Positions 49,985 to 60,417 are shown, numbered from the stretch's first letter. The stretch is 64,000 nucleotides of DNA from Patescibacteria group bacterium (GCA_041649135.1 JBAZNQ010000001.1:291037-355036); one strand, 5' to 3'. Numbers and translations are program-made. Notes: a model not told the origin generated them from the sequence alone.

Positions 49985-50033
49985 CCACCGTATCTTGTAT
50001 TCGCAAGACTAATCGTACCCCTATATCTAGTAT
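49985..50033. promoter_or_regulatory. Tandem NrdR-box candidates upstream of nrdR-nrdJ
   Basis: Cores CCGTATCTTG (49988) and CTATATCTAG (50021), 33 bp apart, resembling the CwAtATaTwG consensus. Confidence 0.55.
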
Positions 50034-50278
50034 TCCCCGAAACCCGCTCTGCCACGTGGATACCCTTGCTTTTATCCCCACCCCTAAACAAAATCTCACC
50101 AATTTATCCAATCTTCACCAATCTCACCAATTTAACCTAGTCATTCTGGCAAGCGAAGCGCGACCAGAATCTTATGTCATTGCGAGGAGTCCCGAGATAC
50201 CGAGGGATGACGAAGCAATCTCCCCTCCCAAAATCTCTGCTATACTAAACCCAGCAAAACTTGTACCCGAGGTGTCAG

Positions 50279-50458
50279 ATGGCAACAAACGGTCGCCCCA
50301 ATGAGGAGGAGATCACATCGGCCCAACGCGAAGAAATCGTGCGACTGTTGGAAAAATACACGGGCAGAGGGCTTCTGCACCCCCAAGAACTAGATGGGGT
50401 TGGAAAAGACTGCGCCGAGAGAATGCTCAAACACCTTCGAATGATTGACGCATTGTAA
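50279..50458 (+). CDS. Small hypothetical protein (cassette 1, 59 aa)
   Basis: GAGGTG RBS, TGcTATACT -10, downstream terminator; MATNGRPNEEEITSAQREEI... Confidence 0.65.
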   Translation: MATNGRPNEEEITSAQREEIVRLLEKYTGRGLLHPQELDGVGKDCAERMLKHLRMIDAL

Positions 50459-50588
50459 GCCACAGCCACCGCCACTCCATCATCCGCCCGTGCGTTCTTA
50501 TCCGCTCGGGCTTTTTCTTGTCCAGATTGACTTTTTCTCTGCCTAGCCTAGAATGCCAATGAATAAACTTGTACCAAGGAGTCTCGTT

Positions 50589-50873
50589 ATGGCAATAGTC
50601 GACATATCCAACCCAGACGGGGATCCGATGATAGCTCTGCAAATCCTGTTCCAACACACCATTGCGGACACAATTACTCATCCGGGGTTTAGCTGGGAAA
50701 AGCAACTCGGCCTTGTGATAGAGCACTTCCGCAAGCAGTCGGAAACAATAACCCAGCTCACCACACAAATCCAAGAGCTCCGACGCGATCTCGGTGCGAT
50801 GGGTCAGCACTGCCAAAACCATAAACCTGAAGTTTATGGTCCGCTATCCCCCCTCGATGACAGCGGCATCTAG
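50589..50873 (+). CDS. Small hypothetical protein (cassette 2, 94 aa)
   Basis: AAGGAG RBS, TTGACT-N16-TAGAAT promoter, terminator. Confidence 0.65.
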   Translation: MAIVDISNPDGDPMIALQILFQHTIADTITHPGFSWEKQLGLVIEHFRKQSETITQLTTQIQELRRDLGAMGQHCQNHKPEVYGPLSPLDDSGI

Positions 50874-50972
50874 CCACCAACAAGAGCACCTCATGCCCGC
50901 GCGCTCCATCCGCCCGGGCTTTTTCTTTGATGCTACAATAGAGCCATCAATCTTGTACCCAATGGAGCATAC

Positions 50973-51233
50973 ATGGGAGACGCCAACACTCCACCTCGTC
51001 TCACGAAGAAGGAAAAACAAGCCAGATATCTGGCTTGGCTCAATCGGTCTGCGGAAGCCAAAGAGCTAAGACGCAGACTGCGCAAAACGGTTGCGTCATG
51101 GCTAGCCGAATTGCCTTCGGATGAGCAACGCAAAGAAGCTGCCGTTCTCATTCAAGCAAGGTACAACTTCGACGAGCTTCCGGAGTCCCACCTTTACCCA
51201 TTAGCCGATCTCGAGCACAGCCTCTCGGCGTAG
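50973..51233 (+). CDS. Small hypothetical basic protein (cassette 3, 86 aa)
   Basis: GGAG RBS, TGcTACAAT -10, terminator. Confidence 0.65.
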   Translation: MGDANTPPRLTKKEKQARYLAWLNRSAEAKELRRRLRKTVASWLAELPSDEQRKEAAVLIQARYNFDELPESHLYPLADLEHSLSA

Positions 51234-51359
51234 AGAAGGGATACATCATCGCACAAGCCCGCGCGCTTCCCGCTCGGGCTTTTTCTTTTCCAGATTGACT
51301 TTCTCTCTGCCCCATCCTACATTACCAGTAAGTAGAAAATCGTACCCAGAGGAAAACCT

Positions 51360-51476
51360 ATGAACAAATGCTTTGCTGATTGGCTGTTGTTGGCGGGAGG
51401 CATTGCGTTAGTAATAGTCATGCTCCTCGCCGACACCTCACAATGGCCATCATGGGGGCTGACACCACCCATGTAG
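51360..51476 (+). CDS. 38-aa single-TM peptide (cassette 4; not in the ORF track)
   Basis: MNKCFADWLLLAGGIALVIVMLLADTSQWPSWGLTPPM; AGAGGA RBS, TTGACT-N17-TACATT promoter, terminator. Confidence 0.55.
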   Translation: MNKCFADWLLLAGGIALVIVMLLADTSQWPSWGLTPPM

Positions 51477-51545
51477 AACAGTCACCCAGTTGGTCACCCA
51501 TCCCGCCCGACTCTCGTCGGGCTTTTTCTTGTCCCCATTCCCCCT

Positions 51546-51718
51546 CCGCCATTGGAGCTTGAGCGTCCTGAATCAGTAAAATCCCTCCAATCAGCGTGCC
51601 CATGTTTGAGGAGCTTTAGCTCCGAGTTTGGCGATAAGCAGATGGGGAGGATTTTACTAGATTCAGAGTCGAAAGCGACTGGCGGGAACTTTTGCGTTAC
51701 TTTTCTAGAAAAGTAACC
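51546..51718 (+). repeat. ~173-bp structured dispersed repeat, copy 1
   Basis: ccgccattggagcttgagcgtcctgaatc...gttacttttctagaaaagtaacc; also at 58441 and 63164. Confidence 0.92.
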
Positions 51719-51862
51719 GCCATGCCAAGCGCGGCGAGAGTGCTTGAAAAGAAACATAAAAATGGATTCCCGCCTACGCGGGAATGACAAAAAAGAATAA
51801 GAAAAAATAAACAATGCCCCGCCATTACTGGCGGGGCATCGCTTGGTTTATTTATTTTAGAG

Positions 51863-51958
51863 GTGGAGATGGGAGCAGGTCAGCTTGGTTTCAATTTATT
51901 GAAACTCGGGCTTCCCGACTGACCGTTGAGGGAAGAACACACCTCCGTTCTTCCCTCA
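51863..51958. repeat. ~95-bp structured repeat, copy 1 (inverted copy at 56434-56522)
   Basis: gtggagaNgggagcag...tgaggga(a)gaacaca(c)ctccgNtcttccctca. Confidence 0.7.
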
Positions 51959-51966
51959 AGAGCTAG

Positions 51967-53076
51967 TTATTTCATTTTTTTCCGTATAAACGCCGGCACA
52001 TCCAATTCATCTTTTTCATCTTCTCGGCTGTCTTGCCGTGTTGTTGTTGCCGCTGGTTTCTCTGCCATCTTCCGACGCTGAATGTAGGATTCATCAAATC
52101 CGGTAGCAATTACCGTAATTTTAATTTCACCCTGCATCGCCTCATCCACTACCGCACCAAAGATGATGTTAGAATCCGGATCAGATGCTTCGGTAATTAC
52201 CCGAGCCGCTTCGTCAATTTCATACATCGACATATCCGGTCCACCAGTAATGTTAAACAGAATTCCTTTGGCTCCGTCAATTGACAGCTCCAATAGCGGT
52301 GAATCGATTGCCATCTTCGCCGCTTCCAGCGCCCGATTATCACCCGTACCGCGTCCAATTCCCATCAAAGCGCTTCCGGCATTCTGCATGATCGTTTTAA
52401 CGTCAGCAAAGTCGACGTTAATCATTCCATGCATGGTGATCAAATCGGAGATACCCTGCACACCTTGGCGCAGAATATCATCAACTACCGAGAAAGCATC
52501 ATAGAGTGATGTTTTCTTATCGATTACTTGAAGTAAACGGTCATTAGGAATTGTGATTAAGGTATCCACTCTGCTCTGTAACTCCGAGATACCTTCTTCA
52601 CCGACCTTTTTGCGCCGCATACCCTCGAACGAGAACGGTTTCGTCACTACCGCGACTGTTAACGCGCCTAACTCTCTGGCAATTTCTGCCACAATTGGTG
52701 CCGCACCAGTTCCGGTGCCACCACCCATGCCGCAGGTAACAAATACCATGTCGGCATCTTTCAGCGCTGTATAAATCGCTTCCTTATCTTCCTCCGCTGA
52801 TTTCCGCCCCAGCTCAGGGTCCGAGCCGGCGCCAAGGCCACGTGTTGTGGTCTGGCCAATCTGAACCCTAACAGGCGCATCATTGTGATGCAAATCCTGC
52901 GCGTCTGTGTTGATCGCGACGAACTCCACCCCTTTGATCCTAGATTGGATCATTCGGTTCACCGCGTGGCAGCCGGAGCCGCCCACACCGACAACCTTAA
53001 TGCGCGCAAACACATCCTCCTCGTCAAACGAGTCGGAAGTAAGTCCTGCGCTCATGGTTCTTTTTTTGGTTGCCAT
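51967..53076 (-). CDS. ftsZ: Cell division protein FtsZ
   Basis: [17 protein letters not shown]-terminal LDVPAFIRK. Confidence 0.99.
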   Translation of the reverse strand: MATKKRTMSAGLTSDSFDEEDVFARIKVVGVGGSGCHAVNRMIQSRIKGVEFVAINTDAQDLHHNDAPVRVQIGQTTTRGLGAGSDPELGRKSAEEDKEAIYTALKDADMVFVTCGMGGGTGTGAAPIVAEIARELGALTVAVVTKPFSFEGMRRKKVGEEGISELQSRVDTLITIPNDRLLQVIDKKTSLYDAFSVVDDILRQGVQGISDLITMHGMINVDFADVKTIMQNAGSALMGIGRGTGDNRALEAAKMAIDSPLLELSIDGAKGILFNITGGPDMSMYEIDEAARVITEASDPDSNIIFGAVVDEAMQGEIKITVIATGFDESYIQRRKMAEKPAATTTRQDSREDEKDELDVPAFIRKKMK

Positions 53077-53289
53077 TATCCTCCTAAATCGACCTCCTTT
53101 AACCCAAACTAATATATGTGCTAGTAAACATCAGCTTACAGCCTAATATTGTAGAAACCGCGAGTCGACTATGTCAAACTCCCGGAACTCTTCCCCACCC
53201 CTCGCAGATCCCCCGACTCCGTCCTTCGTAGCTTTAGCGAAGTAGGAAGCTTTAGCGTAGGGGGACAAATTCCGCTCCCAGAGCAGAAC

Positions 53290-54510
53290 TTATTTGGTGA
53301 AGATGTTTTTTATCCGAGACACGATTGCCGAAAAATCCAATGTCGGAAAATTCGTTCGGCTATCCTCCTCGTCCATTCCCCACAGCATCAACCCAACCGC
53401 GGTCGCGTACCGAGGGTCATCCAGCTTGTCAACCATCCCCTTTAATTCGACTGGGAAACCCAGCTGTGCTGGCAGACCCAAGTGATCCTTAGCGGCTTCC
53501 ACAATGCCGTCAAGTTTCGCTCCTCCGCCTACTAACACCGCTCCGGCTGGTAACATGCCGTCGCGACCGACTTTACGCAATTCCGACTTAACCATCAAAA
53601 ATAATTCCGCTAATCTTGCTTCAATAATTTCCGCAATGTATCGTCTGGAAACTACCTGTTCTTCATCCCGATCAAATTTTGATAAATCAATTGTGTCTTT
53701 ATCCGATAACATTACCGGACTGGCTACTCCGTATTCCAATTTAATTTTTTCCGCTACATCTAAAGACGCTCTTAAACCTATCGCGATATCAGAAGTAATA
53801 TGATCCGAACCAATCGGTAAAACCGCCGAATGATAAATTTCGCCTTCTTCAAATACCACCATGCCGGTCGTACCGGCTCCAATGTCGATCAAAACCACCC
53901 CCAATTCTTTTTGCTTCTTTGATAACACCGCCTTGGCTGCTGCCAATGGCGCTAATACAAAACCCGCCACAGCTACTCCTGCCTGTTCAGCTGTTTTCCG
54001 CAAATTTTTAATAAATGGAGTTGAGCCAGTGATGACATGAGCGTCCACTTCCAGTCTGGCGCCGGCCATCCCGATCGGATCTTTAATCCCTTCCTGACCA
54101 TCAACCATAAACATCTTCGGGATCACATGTAAAATTTCTCGGTTCACTCCCACCGGTACTGATTGCGCAGTTTCGATCACTCGCACCACATCTTCATGTA
54201 CGATTTCTTCACGGCCTCTGGGGATGGCGATCAAACCTTTATTATTAGTCGCGTTCACATGTTCACCAGCGATCGACAAAAATACTGCTTCAGCTGGAAG
54301 CCCCGCCATCCGTTCCGCTTCTTCTACTGAACCGGCAATTGCTGACACCGCTTCTTCCACATCCGTTACCACCCCGCGACGCATTCCGGAACCACTCCGA
54401 ATACTCACTCCCACGACACTGGGGTGCGTTTCACCTTCGGCGCGATGGCCAATTACTGTCACTACCTTTGAATCGCCGATGTCTATACCAACAGAAATCT
54501 TTTCTTTCAC
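53290..54510 (-). CDS. ftsA: Cell division protein FtsA
   Basis: GIDIGDSK, IDIGAGTT, VGGGAKL, YATAVGL. Confidence 0.98.
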   Translation of the reverse strand: MKEKISVGIDIGDSKVVTVIGHRAEGETHPSVVGVSIRSGSGMRRGVVTDVEEAVSAIAGSVEEAERMAGLPAEAVFLSIAGEHVNATNNKGLIAIPRGREEIVHEDVVRVIETAQSVPVGVNREILHVIPKMFMVDGQEGIKDPIGMAGARLEVDAHVITGSTPFIKNLRKTAEQAGVAVAGFVLAPLAAAKAVLSKKQKELGVVLIDIGAGTTGMVVFEEGEIYHSAVLPIGSDHITSDIAIGLRASLDVAEKIKLEYGVASPVMLSDKDTIDLSKFDRDEEQVVSRRYIAEIIEARLAELFLMVKSELRKVGRDGMLPAGAVLVGGGAKLDGIVEAAKDHLGLPAQLGFPVELKGMVDKLDDPRYATAVGLMLWGMDEEDSRTNFPTLDFSAIVSRIKNIFTK

Positions 54511-54717
54511 CTGACTGTTATCCCCTTTAAAATTCTAAATTTCATAAATTGGTTAGATTCTTGTGGTGGATTTTACTCCTAAACCAGACTGATCTGGCAA
54601 TGAAACTCACCACAAGTCTGTCCCCATTCTAGCTCAAACCTGTTGCTTGGGAAACCAAAATATCAGACCCCAAGATACCGAAGGGAACGTCTCAACCAAT
54701 AAACCGCACCCAGTCAG

Positions 54718-55176
54718 CTATTCTGACAATACCAGCTCGATTACTTTGTCCTCCAGCCCCTCCATCCTCACTGTTTGGCTTTTGGTCTTGTGATGTATCC
54801 CCGCCAAATGCAATAACCCGTGAGTCAGCAGGTGTACGAATTTCTCTTTATCGGACACTTTTTCAGCTTTGGCATCTTTCTTTAATTGAGCACGTGAGAT
54901 AAAAATATCTCCGATATAATTTTTGTCATCGGCAGTTTGAAATTCTTTTGGCGTAGTTTCGTTATAGGCAAATGACAAAATATTCGTCGACTTATCTATA
55001 CCACGATGTTTTTTATTCAAATCCCGCATCTGTGCATCAGTTGTCATCACCAATCCCGCTTCACTCTCGGGATCTAATTTTGTCAGACTGACCACTATCT
55101 CAAATACAAATTGGATGAGCTCGTCATCCACTCCTTCCAAACCGTAGTCACCATAACCAACATAAACGTGGGCCAT
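54718..55176 (-). CDS. ybeY: rRNA maturation endoribonuclease YbeY
   Basis: LNKKHRGIDKSTNILSF, IGDIFIS, HGLLHLAGIHH. Confidence 0.92.
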   Translation of the reverse strand: MAHVYVGYGDYGLEGVDDELIQFVFEIVVSLTKLDPESEAGLVMTTDAQMRDLNKKHRGIDKSTNILSFAYNETTPKEFQTADDKNYIGDIFISRAQLKKDAKAEKVSDKEKFVHLLTHGLLHLAGIHHKTKSQTVRMEGLEDKVIELVLSE

Positions 55177-55177
55177 T

Positions 55178-55621
55178 TTAGCCAATCTTCTCCTTAACTA
55201 ATTTGGCGATCAACCCACCATCCGCCTTGCCATCTGACCGCTTCTTTACTTCACCGATAATCGCCCCCATATTTGCCGTTCCCATCTCGCTCACTACTGC
55301 GTCCACGATCACTTTTACCTCCGCCTCACCCATTTCTTCTGGCAAATATGTCGACAGTAATTTCAGCTCCTGTTCCTCCTTTTCTTGCAGTTCAGCCCGA
55401 CCAGCTGTTTTGTAAATTTCGATCGCCTCCTGACGTTTTTTCACTTCCCGTTTTACTACTGCCTGATAATCTTTGTCTTCTAATTGCGTTTGCCCAGCCC
55501 CCCGCTTTTCAATCTCCATATTGCCAAAAGCCGCCAACAGCATTCGCAAAGTTGAAAGCCGTTCGGTATCACCCGCCTTCATCGCTTCCTTAATTTCAGT
55601 TGTAATTTGATCCTTCAGCAT
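55178..55621 (-). CDS. GatB/YqeY domain protein
   Basis: EAMKAGD..RLSTLR, EVKKRQEAIE, YLPEEM, MGAII, ADG. Confidence 0.93.
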   Translation of the reverse strand: MLKDQITTEIKEAMKAGDTERLSTLRMLLAAFGNMEIEKRGAGQTQLEDKDYQAVVKREVKKRQEAIEIYKTAGRAELQEKEEQELKLLSTYLPEEMGEAEVKVIVDAVVSEMGTANMGAIIGEVKKRSDGKADGGLIAKLVKEKIG

Positions 55622-56040
55622 AAAATTCTAAATTCGAAACTCTAAATCCCAAACAAATTATAAATTACAATGTTCCAAACTTCTTCTTTCGTCATTCTGG
55701 GAATTCTGCCGTATGGCAGAAGACGCCAGAATCTTATTCGATTAGTCATTCTTTTCCCCTTCGTCATTCTGGGGGGGATGAGATGACTCCAGCATCTTAT
55801 CAAATAATCCTTCCCGCTCCTTCCTTTGTCATTCCCGCGTAGGCGGGAATCCATTTTTGTCCAGTCATTCTGGCTTGACCAGAATCTTATTAATAATTAT
55901 TTCCTACGATTCTGGATGCGGTTGCCACGGCGACCTTACCAGAATGACGGTCTTTTTGTTTTTGTCTTTACCCCTAGATACTAGATACTGAATACTAGAT
56001 ACTGACTTATGTTTCGGATTTCGGGTTTCGGATTTGATGC
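55622..56040. repeat. Composite element: CTAAATY arrays, several REP palindromes and a TAGATAC heptamer array
   Basis: aattctaaattcgaaactctaaatccc ... gtcattctgg...ccagaatc units ... ctagatactagatactgaatactagatac ... tttcggatttcgggtttcggattt. Confidence 0.8.
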
Positions 56041-56243
56041 TAATACAATTCTTTCTGTTTCTGAACACGAATTTTTTCGCGTCTAAGCGCTGAATCCTTC
56101 AAATCCCGCTTTGAAGTTGGTTTGGCAAAAAAACGACGTTCCTTATACTCAACCAAAACTTTGCTGGACATCACCATCCGATTGAACCGCCGCAGCATGG
56201 CGTCGAAGCTCTCCCGTTCTTTACGTTTAACGAATGTAGACAT
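56040..56243 (-). CDS. rpsU: 30S ribosomal protein S21
   Basis: ESFDAMLRRFNR...ERRFFAKPTSKR; start trimmed to MSTFV. Confidence 0.9.
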   Translation of the reverse strand: MSTFVKRKERESFDAMLRRFNRMVMSSKVLVEYKERRFFAKPTSKRDLKDSALRREKIRVQKQKELY

Positions 56244-56535
56244 AAATAAATACCTGCCTTCCCTTGTCTCGTCATTCTGGGGAGTTCTGCTGGACAGCAG
56301 AATGACTCCAGAATCTTTCTCCTTTGTCATTGCGAGGAACTTGTGACGAAGCAATCTCCTATGCTAGCCCCTAAATGCTAGACGCTAAAATGTTACCTGC
56401 TTTTATCAGATTAGGCAAGAGCGTTAAAAACTATGAGGGAAGACCGGAGTGTGTTCTCCCCTCATCGAACCGTCGGCAAAAGCCGACCCATAAAGGGCTA
56501 GCGGTTCTGCTCCCCTCTCCACTTTTTAGACAGGA

Positions 56536-56901
56536 TTACTCCCCGTGACTAAAGTGTTCAATATCCTCATTTAACGGCTGCCCGCCTAACAGATGAATAT
56601 GGAGATACGGCATCGCCTGACCGCCCCACTTCCCCACATTGATTGTCAGCCGATAACCATTCTCCGCGATTCCCGCTTCTTCAGCCAATAGTTTCGCCCG
56701 ATAAACCATTCTGCCTATCAGCTCCGCATCCCCCACCTCCATGTGAGCCACGCTCTGGATCGGCTTTTTCGGCAGTATCAAAATGTGGGTAGGGGCAGAG
56801 GGGTTGATATCATCAAACGCCAGTATCTCACTATCTTCATACCGAACCATATTTGGCCGAATCTCTCCCTTCGCAAACTTGTAAAAAATATTATCTTCCA
56901 T
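56536..56901 (-). CDS. HIT family nucleotide-binding protein
   Basis: AFDDINPSAPTHILILPK, GGQ.MPYLHIHLLGG. Confidence 0.93.
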   Translation of the reverse strand: MEDNIFYKFAKGEIRPNMVRYEDSEILAFDDINPSAPTHILILPKKPIQSVAHMEVGDAELIGRMVYRAKLLAEEAGIAENGYRLTINVGKWGGQAMPYLHIHLLGGQPLNEDIEHFSHGE

Positions 56902-57022
56902 ATCGATATCATATCAAACTCATTTGCTCTATCGGTAAACTCTAGCAATAAAAATGCTCTGGTCGTCTGCTGTAAACAACAGCCGCCAGAGCATTACACA
57001 TCACATCAGTACGTCAATCAGT

Positions 57023-57676
57023 CTAAACTAAGAGCTCCATTGCCCTATCCTCTATCGCTAGCCTTTCGGCTAACTCCACCAGCCGATCTTTTTCAGCCTG
57101 CAACGTCTGACCAATCAGCTGCTCCGGTTGAGCAATGAGTTGCTGCAGTTCTTTTGCCCAACTCGGTGTTTCATCAACCCCCGGTTCATCTCCATCACCA
57201 TCAAAGGTGGTAACTTTCGCAATTTCACCCATGGGATTTGCCTCAAAACCCTCCAGCACCGGCAAGGCTGGTTTATAGCGATATACCAAAACTGGATCAT
57301 CGTCCGGAACGCTGCACTCGACCTCGTCGTCGTCTTCGTGATCAACTGCCCAGTCCTCCCAGTACCAAACTCGGACCTCTCTACCCTCCGGCCGCTCTCC
57401 GGTGTCGTAGAAAGAGAAACCACGAAAACCAAAGAGAAACCAACCAGCTGTCTCACCGAGACGCTCTACGGGTCGCTTCGTAAGATCGCGACCCAGATGA
57501 CGAGTAAACACTTCCACGGCGATGCCCACCTGAAGCAGAAACTCAATCCGTGTCCGAATGAGTTCCTTCAGACCGTCCACTGTCAAATCGCGATACCTTG
57601 CGTAGCGATCCACATCCAAACTCCTTTGCGTACTATAATCAGGGTACGCCCCCAAGATGCCGACAGCATAACCCAA
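57023..57676 (-). CDS. Hypothetical acidic protein (start uncertain)
   Basis: 217-aa ORF; TTG start directly after an in-frame stop with no RBS, so possibly truncated. Confidence 0.5.
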   Translation of the reverse strand: MGYAVGILGAYPDYSTQRSLDVDRYARYRDLTVDGLKELIRTRIEFLLQVGIAVEVFTRHLGRDLTKRPVERLGETAGWFLFGFRGFSFYDTGERPEGREVRVWYWEDWAVDHEDDDEVECSVPDDDPVLVYRYKPALPVLEGFEANPMGEIAKVTTFDGDGDEPGVDETPSWAKELQQLIAQPEQLIGQTLQAEKDRLVELAERLAIEDRAMELLV

Positions 57677-57704
57677 TCACCAACAAATCGCAACTTCGAC
57701 TGAC

Positions 57705-58367
57705 TTAGTCCTCCAAGTTATTCATTGCATTTGCCCAAGCACAAAACGAACAAGTCTTCGCTGCCTCCGGCATTTCATCACTCCTCAATAAATTCACCGC
57801 ATCCTTAAATTTCTGATACGCGTGTTCCGGATTCGTCTTCACCGGTTTTATCGCCACTTCAAACGGAAAGTTTTCATGTAGTTGTCCCGGTGTTGGATAA
57901 TAATAAACCAAATACGCCATATGTTTCGTTGGATATTTATTTTTATCCATCAGAAAATCGTATGTATCCATCTGTAATTGATACATCCATAAAATATCTT
58001 CCTTCGGCGCCGAACCTCTGGTTTTGTGATCTACTGGCGCGTAAGTCCCATCTCCAAAATCCAACGCATCATCCAACTTGCCGCTCAAAATCGCTCGCAA
58101 ATCGTCATCTACATAAGTTAAAGTTTTCGGCAGGGGATTCAACAACACCCCTTCCAGCCTGCCCTCGACAATCGGCGGCAAACTTTCCGTTCCGCGATAT
58201 TCATCAAAATAAACTTTTAACACTCGGTCCATCCCTCCCGGCAATGATGGGAAAATCGAATCCGGCCTCCCGATGCCCTTATTGTGCTTCAGCCAAAAGC
58301 ACCGTGGACACTCCACGAACAAATTCAAGCTTGATGGTGATAACTTAATTCCCTTTTCTTCTGTCAT
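57705..58367 (-). CDS. PD-(D/E)XK nuclease, Cas4/AddB-like stand-alone
   Basis: LSPSSL...CPRCF, GKLD...VDHKT, QMDTY, C-terminal CSFC. Confidence 0.88.
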   Translation of the reverse strand: MTEEKGIKLSPSSLNLFVECPRCFWLKHNKGIGRPDSIFPSLPGGMDRVLKVYFDEYRGTESLPPIVEGRLEGVLLNPLPKTLTYVDDDLRAILSGKLDDALDFGDGTYAPVDHKTRGSAPKEDILWMYQLQMDTYDFLMDKNKYPTKHMAYLVYYYPTPGQLHENFPFEVAIKPVKTNPEHAYQKFKDAVNLLRSDEMPEAAKTCSFCAWANAMNNLED

Positions 58368-58440
58368 ACCGCTATCATACCACTCCGCCCCCTCCCTCCG
58401 GCCATTAGGTGTAGCGTCGTCCTGAAAATGTCCGCCTCCG

Positions 58441-58612
58441 CCGCCATTGGAGCTTGAGCGTCCTGAATCAGTAAAATCCCTCCAATCAGCGTGCCCATGT
58501 TTGAGGAGCGTAGCGACGAGTTTGGTGATAAGCAGATGGGGAGGATTTTACTAGATTCAGAGTCGAAAGCGACTGGCGGAAACTTTTGTGTTACTTTTCT
58601 AGAAAAGTAACC
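58441..58612 (+). repeat. ~173-bp structured dispersed repeat, copy 2
   Basis: Near-identical to 51546-51718. Confidence 0.92.
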
Positions 58613-58712
58613 ATCGATGAAGCGGGATGTGCCGCTTCAACAAAAACAAATTAAAGAAAATGAACCCGTCAGCTGACGAATGACAAACAAATTTAAAAAA
58701 CCTTAAGAAAAA

Positions 58713-59033
58713 CTAAACCAAACTAGAAGCATCAATCTCTTCCCAATCTCCATCATTGTCTTTGTAGACTTTTATCGTCTTCACCATTTCATCGGATGAA
58801 TAAATCTTTTCTATCCCGCTACCGGTTCCGTACTTGCTTCCACCAAAACTTTTCTCACCTATTACTTTTGGCCTAGTCATACGTTCTAACATCATGGTTC
58901 CAATTGGTCCCTCAAATATCACAAACTCCCGTCGCCCATTTGGTACATCTTTTATCTCCTCATCACCTTGTTCCAAGACTCCGAATTGTTCCTGAATTCG
59001 GTCTAACAATATTCCCCACTTATCATCATTCAT
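58713..59033 (-). CDS. Hypothetical protein (106 aa)
   Basis: GGAGG RBS; plausible composition. Confidence 0.7.
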   Translation of the reverse strand: MNDDKWGILLDRIQEQFGVLEQGDEEIKDVPNGRREFVIFEGPIGTMMLERMTRPKVIGEKSFGGSKYGTGSGIEKIYSSDEMVKTIKVYKDNDGDWEEIDASSLV

Positions 59034-59148
59034 TTTGCCCTCCGTACTCTGTCATTCCGGACTCGATCCGGAATCTAGACATAAAAAATAAAAATGTTTG
59101 TTTTCTCTTCTAGATCCTGAATCAAGTTCAGGATAACAAATGAAAAAA

Positions 59149-60417
59149 TCACTTCCGCTCTTTTAATTTTCGTTGAATTGCTTTTAATAAATCCCTATCC
59201 ATTACCGATTCTTGAGTTCCATCAGCCAAATCACGAATAATCACCGAACCGTCATGCACTTCTTGTTCGCCAACAATAATCGCCAACTTGGTTTTCAATC
59301 TATCCGCAACTCGCAATTGGCTCTTGATACTTTCTCTCCCCAAAGCGTGTGCCACTCTGAAGCCGGCATCTTGTACTTGAGTAATTACCTTAATCGCCTT
59401 TTTCTTAGCTTCATCACCCAATTGCGCCACAAAAATGTCACTCATGACAGGTTCCGGTATCACCACCCCTTGTTGTTTCATCACGTCAATTGTCCGTTCA
59501 ACTCCTAATGCAAACCCAACTGCCGGTGTATCTGGTCCACCCAGCAATTTCATCAGTCCGTCATACCGACCACCGCCACCAAGCGAATCTCGACTCTCTT
59601 TATTCACCACCTCAAATACAGTATGGCTATAATAATCCAACCCCCGTACCAATCGCGGGGTTAATTCATAGTTCACTCCCATATCATCCAAATATTCCAA
59701 AACTTTATGGAAAAAGTTACGCGAATCTGGTGTCAGGTTGTCCAACACTACACTCCCCGCTTCTTCCATAATCGGTTGACAGCCGCGTTCCTTACAATCC
59801 AAAGTCCTCAACGGATTCTTCACCATTCGGTTTTTACAATCATTACACAGCTGTCTCCGATGGGCTGACAAAAAATCTACCAATGCTTTGTTAATTTTCA
59901 CTCGGCTTTTGGCGTCCCCGATACTATTTACCTTAACCACCAAATCTTTCAGCCCAAGTTTTTCATAAAACTTCATCATGACAGCAATCATCTGCGCATC
60001 CGTAGTCGGATCCAGCTCACCAAACAATTCTGCCCCCACTTGGTAAAACTCCCGAAATCTTCCGGCCTGCGGTCGATCGTATCGGAACATCGGACCAAAA
60101 TAAAACAATTTCACCGGCTGTGGTTCTTTATGCATCCCATGTTCAATGTAAGCTCGCGCCACACCCGCTGTCCCTTCTGGCCGCAACGTGATCGAATTCC
60201 CGCCTCGGTCTTTGAAGGTATACATTTCCTTACTCACCATATCAGTCGCTTCGCCCACCCCACGCGTGAACAAATTTGTATCTTCAAAAGTCGGCAATAT
60301 CATCCGACCAAAACCCGCCGACAACATCATGTCGCGGAAAGTATCCTCCACAAACATCCAGTACTTTTGCTCACTCGGCAAAATGTCCTGCGTTCCCCTT
60401 GGCTTTTGATATTTCAT
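59149..60417 (-). CDS. hisS: Histidine--tRNA ligase
   Basis: LRPEGTA, FRYDRPQAGRFREF, LVRGLDYY, GGGGRYDGL. Confidence 0.98.
   Translation of the reverse strand: MKYQKPRGTQDILPSEQKYWMFVEDTFRDMMLSAGFGRMILPTFEDTNLFTRGVGEATDMVSKEMYTFKDRGGNSITLRPEGTAGVARAYIEHGMHKEPQPVKLFYFGPMFRYDRPQAGRFREFYQVGAELFGELDPTTDAQMIAVMMKFYEKLGLKDLVVKVNSIGDAKSRVKINKALVDFLSAHRRQLCNDCKNRMVKNPLRTLDCKERGCQPIMEEAGSVVLDNLTPDSRNFFHKVLEYLDDMGVNYELTPRLVRGLDYYSHTVFEVVNKESRDSLGGGGRYDGLMKLLGGPDTPAVGFALGVERTIDVMKQQGVVIPEPVMSDIFVAQLGDEAKKKAIKVITQVQDAGFRVAHALGRESIKSQLRVADRLKTKLAIIVGEQEVHDGSVIIRDLADGTQESVMDRDLLKAIQRKLKERK

Noticed and set aside
55642-55854. ORFs such as MDSRLRGND... and those at 48938, 49924, 51494 and 63114
   Set aside because: These are translations of REP and other repeats, not genes.
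57705-58367. Cas4-like gene suggesting a CRISPR-Cas locus
   Set aside because: No other cas genes and no regularly spaced repeat-spacer array anywhere in the window; stand-alone PD-(D/E)XK nucleases are common.
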